Below are positions 46,164 to 54,256 of a stretch of DNA of 54,256 nucleotides, piece by piece. Position 1 is the stretch's first letter. Each line of letters starts with the position of its first letter. The DNA is from a virus (lineage: Duplodnaviria > Caudoviricetes), in IMG/VR virus record IMGVR_UViG_3300030328_001943, positions 1 through 54,256 of that record. One strand, written 5' to 3'. Both the position numbers and the translations under genes were made by a program. The notes under the pieces were generated by a model, which was not told the DNA's origin, did not search any database, and was given only the letters and a program-made list of their open reading frames with translations.

Positions 46164-46567
46164 TAATCGTATTTCTTAATTAACACCAAGATAATATTGT
46201 AAGTATCGCCACTAGAATGACCGACTGTTGTAAAATCTATGTCTCCAGTCACTCCACTGCCCGCATTGTTAGGGATAGCTGTAAAGTAATCATAATACTC
46301 ATCACCTGTACTATCAGCAGGCAAACCTGCTAATAATACATTTGTAGAAGCATCAAATTCTATATTTACGCCCATACCTCTTGTCATCCAATAAATACGC
46401 GCAACAGAAACTTTGGTACAGGTTTCACCCCTGCCGTTTTTCGCTAACGCAGATACGTCAACCTTTTTAACAGCGCTTTCGCCTGAACCGTCTGAAACAT
46501 TAGTAAATTTAACAACGGCTTGTCTGTCGCCATCCTGTATTGTTTGGGATGTAACTGTATCAGCCAT
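46163..46567 (-). CDS. Putative virion structural protein
   Basis: Beta-rich ORF downstream of the capsid genes. Confidence 0.6.
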   Translation of the reverse strand: MADTVTSQTIQDGDRQAVVKFTNVSDGSGESAVKKVDVSALAKNGRGETCTKVSVARIYWMTRGMGVNIEFDASTNVLLAGLPADSTGDEYYDYFTAIPNNAGSGVTGDIDFTTVGHSSGDTYNIILVLIKKYD

Positions 46568-46582
46568 ATTTAACTCCTAATA

Positions 46583-47089
46583 TTAAGCGTCAGCAAATGG
46601 AGTTACTATAGTTCCTGAAGCTAATACTATACCTTCGATATTGTATTTAGCAGATGCCATAGCAGTACATCTAATAACAGAGCCTACAAGACCACCTTTG
46701 GTTGTACCGTTAAAAGTAACTACATCGTTTGATGCGCCTGATATGAATACTTTACCACTTGCGTTATCTTTACCAATATAAAGACCACCAACAAACTTGT
46801 CTGTACCATCAGTTAAGATGTCCATATCAGTAGCTGCGGTTTCAATAACAAAAGTAAAACTAGCGCCTAGGTTATTTAATTGATTTGGGTCATCGTCGCT
46901 GCCTGGTGCAGTAGCAACAATACTTGGTAAAGTAAATTTACCATCAGCATCGTTACAAAGTAATATTTTGCCTGCATGAGCATCAACGGTCAAAGTAGTA
47001 TCAGCTGTTAAGCTAACAACACTTGCATTACCCGATGAAATAAAACCAGATAAGGATCTAACTGGTCCTGAAAAAGTTGATTTAGCCAT
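46583..47089 (-). CDS. Putative head fibre/decoration protein
   Basis: MAKSTFSGPVRS..GF start; beta-rich. Confidence 0.6.
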   Translation of the reverse strand: MAKSTFSGPVRSLSGFISSGNASVVSLTADTTLTVDAHAGKILLCNDADGKFTLPSIVATAPGSDDDPNQLNNLGASFTFVIETAATDMDILTDGTDKFVGGLYIGKDNASGKVFISGASNDVVTFNGTTKGGLVGSVIRCTAMASAKYNIEGIVLASGTIVTPFADA

Positions 47090-47104
47090 AATTTCTCCTA
47101 ACTA

Positions 47105-47170
47105 AATATGTTGCGCCATCTTTGGAGTAAGTCTGCCGAGCCAGTTGGTGCAACGATTAATCTCGGTTTA
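47105..47170 (-). ncRNA. Structured RNA, probable Mu-gpT-DE motif
   Basis: Stem GTTGCACCA/TGGCGCAAC, inner CTG/CAG, CCGAG/CTCGG pseudoknot; located downstream of the gpT-like MCP gene. Confidence 0.55.
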
Positions 47171-47193
47171 TTTGATTGTAAGTTAAATATTAG

Positions 47194-47222
47194 AAAAAAG
47201 AAAGGGAGCCGAAGCTCCCTTT
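47194..47222 (-). terminator. Intrinsic terminator after the MCP gene
   Basis: AAAGGGAGC-TTCG-GCTCCCTTT-CTTTTTT. Confidence 0.9.
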
Positions 47223-47246
47223 ACATTAGAGGAGTTAATCTCTGGG

Positions 47247-48155
47247 TTAAGCCCCTTGAGATCCAAACACGCATCTGTAGTTAGAGAAACCAAAAGAATA
47301 TCTTTCTCTAGCTTTGTAGCGCATATTTCCAGTATCAAAGTCACCTTCCAATGAAGTTGTCATTGGAGATCTTTGAAAATGCTTGAAGCCATCTGGACAG
47401 TCAGTTTTCAAGAAGAAAGCATCAGTATCTGTCAGATAGTGGTTTACCACATACCCTTGAGGAATCATGCCTTGATTTCTAATTGAGTTGATGTCGTTGT
47501 CAGATGTTCCAACTCTTCCAGGACTGCTCATAAGTCTATCAGCAACAAATTGCAATGCAGGTGGGATAATTAATTTTTGCCCTTGCAAAGCAATAGTTAA
47601 ATTTCTGTCATCAACAAATGTTGAGATAGATATAAGTGCATCTTCCAAAGAAGTTTCATTCAGATCGGTGAATGAAGAAGGCCTGTTACTTAGTGTGCCA
47701 CCACCACCAAGAGGGTGATCTGTAGCAATAAGTGGTTTGCCGTCTCCACCATTATGGTCTGTTGAAAACGCATTATTTAAAATCGAAGCTGCTTTAATTT
47801 GCTTCGTATTCGCCATAGATCTAGCCAAAGCTTTTGTATACCTTGAACCAAGTCTATCGTAAAGGTTATCCTCGACTGCTTCTTCAGTTAGAGAGAAAGC
47901 AAGCGATATGGTTTCGTGTGTGTAACGAGATGTATAACCCTCAGTTGAGTTATCAAATGATACACCTGCACCTTCAGCTTTTGTTGGTGCACTGCCGAAA
48001 CCAACGATCATTACTTCTTCTTCAAACGCTCTGTCTGAAGTTTCAGTATCGAAGATCTCTTCGTGTTCAGAATCGTAACGGTTGTATTCCATGCCAAAGA
48101 GGGCATTTAATCCTGGTTCCAATTCTTTCGCTAATTGAGCTCTATTAATTGCCAT
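47247..48155 (-). CDS. Major capsid protein (Mu gpT-like family)
   Basis: MAINRAQLAKELEPGLNALFGMEY...GDFDTGNMRYKARERYSFG; follows the scaffold and precedes a strong terminator. Confidence 0.88.
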   Translation of the reverse strand: MAINRAQLAKELEPGLNALFGMEYNRYDSEHEEIFDTETSDRAFEEEVMIVGFGSAPTKAEGAGVSFDNSTEGYTSRYTHETISLAFSLTEEAVEDNLYDRLGSRYTKALARSMANTKQIKAASILNNAFSTDHNGGDGKPLIATDHPLGGGGTLSNRPSSFTDLNETSLEDALISISTFVDDRNLTIALQGQKLIIPPALQFVADRLMSSPGRVGTSDNDINSIRNQGMIPQGYVVNHYLTDTDAFFLKTDCPDGFKHFQRSPMTTSLEGDFDTGNMRYKARERYSFGFSNYRCVFGSQGA

Positions 48156-48167
48156 GATTTATACCTC

Positions 48168-48752
48168 TTAAGCTAAGCCAGCGCCTTTAACGCCCATTAT
48201 GTGATTTTGAATTACTACAAGCACATTAGTATTCGCTGAACCAACATCTGAATTATCAGGATCTTCTGATATATCAATTGCTTTCAACGGCAACGTAGTA
48301 GCTGTAGCCCCTGTGGTGACGTCTAATTCTGCGCCTGATTGGCCAGTGATAGTACTTGAACTGTTTGTATAAACAATATCAAAGTTACCGAACAAGTCAG
48401 CAACTGGGAAAGTATCATCAGCTTGGATTTCATACACAACATCAGGATCGTCAATTACAAAAGCGATAATGTCTGAAGCATTAGTGCTCGCTGGATAGTG
48501 AGCGCTAAAGACCTGTTCGCTTGTTGTAGGATCGGTATATTGACACCCTTGAAAAACTCCAACTATAGGAACTGTTCCGCCATCAGCGTGGATTTCTACA
48601 CCCCCACCAGTGACTTGAGCAACCATATCTCCTGTGAAGATACTGGTTCCATAGTTTGCAGCGATTCTATATCTGTTTGTTCCACCAGATAAAGGAGCAC
48701 CACTTAGTTTTTTAACAGGTTTCATACCGAATGAAGCATCTTTATTTGCCAT
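48168..48752 (-). CDS. Putative capsid decoration/minor capsid protein
   Basis: FG.KPV, IF.GD.V, GVF.GC.YTDP and V.DDP motifs; immediately upstream of the MCP gene. Confidence 0.65.
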   Translation of the reverse strand: MANKDASFGMKPVKKLSGAPLSGGTNRYRIAANYGTSIFTGDMVAQVTGGGVEIHADGGTVPIVGVFQGCQYTDPTTSEQVFSAHYPASTNASDIIAFVIDDPDVVYEIQADDTFPVADLFGNFDIVYTNSSSTITGQSGAELDVTTGATATTLPLKAIDISEDPDNSDVGSANTNVLVVIQNHIMGVKGAGLA

Positions 48753-48796
48753 TTTAATTACCTATATTGTTAAAAATATTTTTCAGTAGAAAAAGA

Positions 48797-49270
48797 TTAA
48801 GATCTTTCACCACCACCAAAAGTAACGCTTGAACTTCTCTTCGGATTTAAAATCGGAGAAGATGGGTCAGATTCCTTCATCAAATCATTATCAATTGCAT
48901 CTTGTTGCATTTGGGCGCGGCTAGAAAAATAAGCGTTTCTTTCTTCGCGTATCTCATTTGGAATCTTTGCCAAAAGCAGTCCACCCACAGCAATAACACC
49001 TGCGTGCTTTCCATCGTCCATAGTAGGAAGCTCAAAGTCTCCAATCTCTTCTTTGCGTACGAGTTCAAAACCCTCACGCAATCTAGACATTACATTCTTT
49101 TTATCTTCCTGACCAACGATTTCAGCCCTAATCCACCTGTAAGTATAACCCTCAGGGGCTGGTGGTGTTTCTAACATTGATGGGGGACGCCATCTTTTGC
49201 GAGTCTCACTATCGGCTCGTGTGCTTGCAGAACGAGGAGTTCTGTTGGTTGAATCTGTTTTTTCTACCAT
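48797..49270 (-). CDS. Conserved head-module hypothetical protein
   Basis: W.PPS.L..P.AP.GY.YRWIR, REG.E.V and GGLLLA motifs. Confidence 0.7.
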   Translation of the reverse strand: MVEKTDSTNRTPRSASTRADSETRKRWRPPSMLETPPAPEGYTYRWIRAEIVGQEDKKNVMSRLREGFELVRKEEIGDFELPTMDDGKHAGVIAVGGLLLAKIPNEIREERNAYFSSRAQMQQDAIDNDLMKESDPSSPILNPKRSSSVTFGGGERS

Positions 49271-49277
49271 TTTTTTA

Positions 49278-50246
49278 TTACCTCTTATATTTTGCGTACT
49301 CTGTAAGGGGTACGTCTAATTTTTTAGCCATTTGGACTTCAGATGGCGTTAATCGAACTTGTCTTTTACCGCCAGCTTTTGAATCTGCCCTATTGGCTGA
49401 TGCAACTTTTTGTGTTGCATTTTTTTGTGTTCTTTGTCCATAAATTTCATCTTGGACTCTTTTATCTAACTCTGAATAATAATTTTGTGGATTATAATCA
49501 GGGTGAGTATTTTCATTAGACATTAATTCCATATGAATGTCCATAGCTTTTTCTGTTTCTGGATTTGCTGGAACGTAACCCTCAGGCCCAGTATGACCAT
49601 ACTTTCTTAACTCTGCCTGATTATTAGAATATCTAAGTTGCCAAAAATCTTGTTTAGAAATCCAGTCTTGTGCTTCTTGTGATGGAACAGGAGTTTGTAT
49701 TTGATTTGCAAATACTTGATTAAATTGATCATCTAAATTAACAGGTTCCTGGTTAGAGATGTTGTTTTTTGCTTCTTTAAGTTTATTTTCCTCACCAGTA
49801 ATCCTAGTCAATATATCTAAAGCTTTTGTTTGTTTTGCAGTATCGCCATCTGCAATTGCATCTTCCAAGGCTTTTTGTGTTTGAGCCCTTTGTGATTCTA
49901 GTTTGGATTCAGCCTCTGATAGATAATTTTTTTCATAAGCAGCAGAATTTTGTTGTAAAGATTGATATTTATCTTTTAATTCTTTTGCATAGTTAAATGC
50001 GTATTCTTGACCTCTTTCAGCTTCACGCCATTTTTTTGTTAAATCGTTTATTCTTTTTTGAACACCTTTAGAATAATCTTCTAACTCTTCTTTTGATTCT
50101 GTTGCTTTTTCTTCAACAACATCTTCTGCAGTTTCTTCTACTACTTCTATTTCTTCTTCTTTTTCTACAGGATCTTCCTGTGGAGCATCTAGATCAATAA
50201 TTTGATCTTCTGCTTCTGTATTTTCTACTTTATTTTCTTCTAGCAT
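49278..50246 (-). CDS. Capsid scaffolding protein
   Basis: Acidic N-terminus, YS..VQKRI..LT coiled coil, C-terminal VRLT.SEV.MAKKL.VPL.EYAK. Confidence 0.75.
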   Translation of the reverse strand: MLEENKVENTEAEDQIIDLDAPQEDPVEKEEEIEVVEETAEDVVEEKATESKEELEDYSKGVQKRINDLTKKWREAERGQEYAFNYAKELKDKYQSLQQNSAAYEKNYLSEAESKLESQRAQTQKALEDAIADGDTAKQTKALDILTRITGEENKLKEAKNNISNQEPVNLDDQFNQVFANQIQTPVPSQEAQDWISKQDFWQLRYSNNQAELRKYGHTGPEGYVPANPETEKAMDIHMELMSNENTHPDYNPQNYYSELDKRVQDEIYGQRTQKNATQKVASANRADSKAGGKRQVRLTPSEVQMAKKLDVPLTEYAKYKR

Positions 50247-50258
50247 AATTACCTTATG

Positions 50259-50720
50259 TTACAGCGTGACAATATCATCTGGATCTGCGATCGTAGCGAT
50301 AACCTCATCATCGTTAATAATACGGCACTCAGCATTATCGCCTAGTTTAAAGCGTGCTCCTGCGTACCTCCCAATCAAAACCCATTGTTTTTCTTGACAC
50401 CAAGGTTTTGAACCAAATTTAGTTGTATCTGTATAACAAAGTGGACCCATTTTTACTACATAAGCTACTACCGAGGCCAAGGCTTCTCTATCTACCGTAT
50501 CTTTAACTAACTCTATACCGCCTTTACTTACACCTCTGCCTCTGTAAGGCAATATTAATATTCTCCAACCAGCAGGTTCTGGCATACGGTCTAATAGTGA
50601 TTGTTTTAATAAAGTTGGATCTAAAACTCTATCTTCCGCTGTAACGAAAGCTTTTTGAACTTCTGATTTTTTTTTGTTGTTTTCTGCGGCAATATGGTCA
50701 GGAACTATTACTTTCTTCAT
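50259..50720 (-). CDS. groES: GroES-like co-chaperonin
   Basis: P.GWRILI, SKGGI.L mobile loop, V..GP, RYAG and RIINDDEVIA motifs. Confidence 0.85.
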   Translation of the reverse strand: MKKVIVPDHIAAENNKKKSEVQKAFVTAEDRVLDPTLLKQSLLDRMPEPAGWRILILPYRGRGVSKGGIELVKDTVDREALASVVAYVVKMGPLCYTDTTKFGSKPWCQEKQWVLIGRYAGARFKLGDNAECRIINDDEVIATIADPDDIVTL

Positions 50721-50904
50721 CTTGCATTATTTTCCCTAGCAGCTCTCTATATGTATTTTCTGCGTCAACTAGAGAACTGTAACGTCCACGCAGATATTGA
50801 TACTGATCAAAATCTTTTACACCAGCTAACATGGTATCAGTAATATCTTCTTTTTTTTGTTTTACTTCTTTAAAGAATTTATTACTTACCCACTCTACTG
50901 ACAT
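50698..50904 (-). CDS. Hypothetical protein
   Basis: GVKDFDQY.YL.G motif; translationally coupled. Confidence 0.7.
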   Translation of the reverse strand: MSVEWVSNKFFKEVKQKKEDITDTMLAGVKDFDQYQYLRGRYSSLVDAENTYRELLGKIMQDEESNSS

Positions 50905-51110
50905 TAATAAATACCAGAGAATTTGCCACCAAATTCAGCAGCGCCCATACCCCTAGCTTTACCTTTACCCATACCTGGTTTTGGATTGGTATCGGCTGAA
51001 AAAGTACTTTCATCAGTCTTAAAAGATACGGAACCTTTGTTACCGTAATCTTGTTTACCTTTCTTAATTTTAGGTTCAGATAAATTTTTAATATTAGTTT
51101 TTTTAATCAT
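50904..51110 (-). CDS. Small basic protein
   Basis: KARGMGAAEFG..F motif. Confidence 0.7.
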   Translation of the reverse strand: MIKKTNIKNLSEPKIKKGKQDYGNKGSVSFKTDESTFSADTNPKPGMGKGKARGMGAAEFGGKFSGIY

Positions 51111-51149
51111 TTTGTAATTTTGGATAAATTTTTTTTAATTTGCAACCTT

Positions 51150-53615
51150 TTAACTATTTTTCTTAAACATATTTAACATTTGCATTTCTTTTTGTTGAGC
51201 TAATCTTGCTCTTGCCGTTGCATCTTTTATGTCTGCGATCTCTTCTTGGGTATCTATTCGTTCTCTGTCTACCTGATCTCTACGCAAAGATTCTTCAACT
51301 CGACGTTGTTGATCTACTTGGAATTGTTGTTGTTCTTGAGCCAACTCTTGACCTTTCAAAGCAAGTTCTTGTTTTCTTATTGCGACAAGTGGATCTTCGT
51401 CTTGTGGTGCAGATATTTGATTTGTGTATTCGATCATTAACTCACTTAATATCGGAGCAGAAAATTGTGCTAACAAATCATTTGCTTGTGTTAATAAAGG
51501 TATAGCCTCAGCGTCTGGCAATTGTTCAGATTGTTGAATTAGTTGTTGATACTGATTTAATACCTCAGGAGGCATTTGTTGTTGTGCTAAACCATCAGCT
51601 TTCATTTGTAAATGTTGCATGATGTGCGAATGTATTAAAGCCTGTACTTGTGCGTTCATTTGCACAGGCGGGGTATTTAATAAACTCATATGCACAGAAA
51701 TATGAGCATCGTGATTTTGTTGAGGAAAAGCTTGAGCTGGCGTACCCATAAGCAAACCATTATTTTCAATTCCAGCTTCAGTTGGGCGTGGTTGTGCATC
51801 AGGAGGTGGCATTAATAATTGATCTATATTATCCACACCTATAGCAGCATACATTCGACGATAGGATTCATGAATACCTTGTGGGCCATGAACTGAGGGA
51901 TTTGATTGTACCAACTGCATTAGTTCTTGTGCCATAGCAATCCTTTGTGAGGTGCTAAATATATCAGGATTGCTAACAGGTATAATATCAACCCTATCGT
52001 CAAAATCTGAAACTTTCACATTTAAATTACCGTTAGCTGTCATGTACGGATATTCTGGCGGTAATGAGTCTTTGAATATTTCTGCTAACAGTTTAAATTC
52101 TTTCTTTTGTGCGTTGTGTAATCTTTTGTGTATAGCTGACAAAACTTTTGTAGATCTTTCTAGTAATGCAAGTGTTGTGCCTACTGGAGCATTAGGATTG
52201 CCTTGACCTGTATTTATTTCTGCTATAGACGCAAACTTTTGACCAGAATCAACCAATATACCTAGAAGGTTAAGCAAAGTACCGCTTGGTTCTTTGAAAG
52301 GCAACGGTTGTATAGATTCTCTCAAAGATCCGCCAGGGGCATCTACATCTCTAAACTCTCCAGGCTGTATAGGGGTGTCCTCATCCCTAATTCTAATACC
52401 TCTTGTCTTGAACCCAGCAGGTAGGTTAGCAAGGGTACCTGCATCGATTAATTGCCTTAATATTGACGTAGATGCCTTTGACAATCCTCCGATCATATGT
52501 GTTAGACCGAAACCATAAAATCCTAAACCAGGTAAAAATTTAAAATGAACAAAATATTCAATTTTATTTTTTAATGGATCTTCTTCTTTAAAATTTCTGC
52601 GTATAGATAAAACTTTATCGTTGTAAGAATCTATCGTAACTATGTAAGGTAATTTAACGCCTGTAAATTCTCCATTTTCATTTACATCCTCAAAACCTGG
52701 CAAGTCTAAATTACAGTGAACTTCGTATAAATTTGCTACTTCATCACCGTCGTATTGTGACTGAATACCAGATAGCTCATCTATTTCTTCTTTAACTTGA
52801 GATCCTGCATCTAAATCACCCTGACCTGTATCAAACATTCTGTAGAATCCAATAGCTTGAAGTTTTCTTACTTCATTTTCTGGCATTTTTATAATGTTAG
52901 TAATTCTAGGACATGATTCTAAATCTGTAGTGTAGTAAGGAACTACTAAATCTTCGGGTGCTACAAATTTTGATATGGCTCTACCAAGAGTTTCATCATA
53001 ATAAACTTTTTTAAATGCAGATCCTGCTAAAGGTAAATAAAATAAAAGTTGATCTAATTCTTCGTCAAACTCTTGCATGACATGAACTATTTGATAATTC
53101 ATAAACTCTTGAACTCTTTGAGCTTGTTCTTCAATCACAGAGTTATAATCACCAATTACTTGACTTTTGACTGGTCCTCCACTAGGGAATAATTCTTTGT
53201 AGGCCTGAGCTTGGAAAGTGGTGACAGCTTCTCCTAGTAATGGATGTATTACACCTGAAGCGCCCTCAAATGGTTCGCTTCTTTCATCATCAAACTTCAT
53301 GCCCAAATATTTAAGGCCGTCAGTATATGTATTTTCCCAATCTTCTCGTGCTGCTTTGTCTTTTTCTATTGAGCCTACTAGGTTTGATGCTATCTCTTGC
53401 AAGTCTCTTTCATCTAATAATTCAGCTAAATTATCTTCAAAGTTATTTTCAATAGGCATATCAACTTGACCTAAAATAGCTCCACCATCTTCAGTCATAG
53501 TGACATTTGGATCTTCTTCTTCTAGAACTTCTACAACAGTATTAAGTTCATCTTGTTCTTGGGAAACAGATTTAGTTACGTCTACTGGTATGTCTCTTTG
53601 ATTTTCAATAGCCAT
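51150..53615 (-). CDS. Portal protein
   Basis: 821 aa, downstream of terL; PFEGASGV.HPLL, GSAFKKVYYD, LIDAGTLANLP; Gln-rich coiled-coil tail. Confidence 0.9.
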   Translation of the reverse strand: MAIENQRDIPVDVTKSVSQEQDELNTVVEVLEEEDPNVTMTEDGGAILGQVDMPIENNFEDNLAELLDERDLQEIASNLVGSIEKDKAAREDWENTYTDGLKYLGMKFDDERSEPFEGASGVIHPLLGEAVTTFQAQAYKELFPSGGPVKSQVIGDYNSVIEEQAQRVQEFMNYQIVHVMQEFDEELDQLLFYLPLAGSAFKKVYYDETLGRAISKFVAPEDLVVPYYTTDLESCPRITNIIKMPENEVRKLQAIGFYRMFDTGQGDLDAGSQVKEEIDELSGIQSQYDGDEVANLYEVHCNLDLPGFEDVNENGEFTGVKLPYIVTIDSYNDKVLSIRRNFKEEDPLKNKIEYFVHFKFLPGLGFYGFGLTHMIGGLSKASTSILRQLIDAGTLANLPAGFKTRGIRIRDEDTPIQPGEFRDVDAPGGSLRESIQPLPFKEPSGTLLNLLGILVDSGQKFASIAEINTGQGNPNAPVGTTLALLERSTKVLSAIHKRLHNAQKKEFKLLAEIFKDSLPPEYPYMTANGNLNVKVSDFDDRVDIIPVSNPDIFSTSQRIAMAQELMQLVQSNPSVHGPQGIHESYRRMYAAIGVDNIDQLLMPPPDAQPRPTEAGIENNGLLMGTPAQAFPQQNHDAHISVHMSLLNTPPVQMNAQVQALIHSHIMQHLQMKADGLAQQQMPPEVLNQYQQLIQQSEQLPDAEAIPLLTQANDLLAQFSAPILSELMIEYTNQISAPQDEDPLVAIRKQELALKGQELAQEQQQFQVDQQRRVEESLRRDQVDRERIDTQEEIADIKDATARARLAQQKEMQMLNMFKKNS

Positions 53616-53812
53616 TAGTGTAATACCCTCGGCTCTATTTCATCACCGTGTTCTATACTGTGATAAATTTTATCTTTAATCTCACCTACTAATCTAACAT
53701 TAAAATCTTCAGCTTGATTTATAGCTTCTTCAAAAGTTTTTGCAATCACTATGGGACCATCAATAGTCTGACCATTTTTTACATACTCAGTTATAAAAAA
53801 TCTATACATCAA
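53615..53812 (-). CDS. Small hypothetical protein, paralog of 31242-31418
   Basis: FIT...GP...A....EA...AE......GE..D...VLH. Confidence 0.7.
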   Translation of the reverse strand: MMYRFFITEYVKNGQTIDGPIVIAKTFEEAINQAEDFNVRLVGEIKDKIYHSIEHGDEIEPRVLH

Positions 53813-54256
53813 TAATATTCTCGTTTGATAGGTAAGCGATCTCTATCTTCATAATCATCTGACAATGAAACTAAACCACCTTCCCTAAATCTCATCATAG
53901 CTTGAGTCATAGTATCACATAAATCATCATTTGCTCCAAACGGAAAAGATGCACACTCTTCTATCATTTCTTGAGCAAAGCTTTTGTAACTTGGAGCCCA
54001 AACTAAACCACTTTCAAATATTGGTGCAACAGAGTGCATACGAGAGTGTTTGTCATGGCCGCGAGTAGGAGAATAATTAACCACAGGTATGCCTAATCTT
54101 CTAAGCTCATGCGTTAATGGTGTTCCACTTGCTTTACTTTCAATTAACACCATATCTGGCTCCCAATACTGATATTCTTGATAAGCTAACTTTTTAAGTT
54201 CTGGAAAATCTAATCTAGTTCTTTGACAGTCAAGTAAAATAATTGAATCAGGCGCA
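53809..54256 (-). CDS. terL: Terminase large subunit, C-terminal part
   Basis: IESKASG, DK..R and FP.G.NDDLCD nuclease motifs; in frame with 1-1118. Confidence 0.95.
   Translation of the reverse strand, partial: APDSIILLDCQRTRLDFPELKKLAYQEYQYWEPDMVLIESKASGTPLTHELRRLGIPVVNYSPTRGHDKHSRMHSVAPIFESGLVWAPSYKSFAQEMIEECASFPFGANDDLCDTMTQAMMRFREGGLVSLSDDYEDRDRLPIKREYY
54155..54256. repeat. Assembly terminal redundancy, copy 2
   Basis: Matches 1-102 with one mismatch. Confidence 0.97.

Noticed and set aside
19653-53469. Many plus-strand ORFs in the track within the late region (e.g. 21723-22256, 26796-27170, 32461-32946)
   Set aside because: Antisense shadows of strong minus-strand genes, with biased composition and no convincing RBS
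53809-54153. Truncated terminase or pseudogene
   Set aside because: It is the in-frame C-terminus of a full terL spanning the junction
1-54256. tRNA genes, introns/inteins, diversity-generating retroelement, stop-codon recoding
   Set aside because: No cloverleaf with a T-loop seen by eye (tRNAscan not run); no reverse transcriptase or homing nuclease; long ORFs end normally at TAA, TAG and TGA

Overview
The window is one complete, circularly assembled genome of an AT-rich tailed dsDNA phage: bases 1-102 recur at 54155-54256 and the large terminase gene runs across that junction. Spanins point to a Gram-negative host. The gene content suggests a marine podovirus-like phage (inference). The minus strand carries one long late region: TerL, portal, GroES-like co-chaperonin, scaffold, gpT-like major capsid protein, small basic proteins, neck/tail and fibre genes, an expanded lysis/envelope cassette, a tail nozzle and four large putative ejection proteins. 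The replication module (12-19 kb) has a Prim-Pol/helicase, an AAA ATPase, an SSB-like protein, a RecE-like exonuclease and a Cro-like regulator. I found no DNA polymerase, integrase, tRNA or CRISPR array. The least explained part is 5.6-10.9 kb, between terS and terL. It holds seven same-orientation tripartite DNA modules with fixed spacing, phased CT(T/A)A-loop hairpins, a TTAC-N5-GTAA operator set, a pseudoknotted candidate ncRNA and a candidate origin. Other highlights are a [FYML]xxGG motif shared by many putative virion-internal proteins, a cecropin-like helix in an ejection protein, an exported three-gene module inside the lysis cassette, and apparent total absence of CCGG. All protein calls come from motif recognition by eye; no database search was run.
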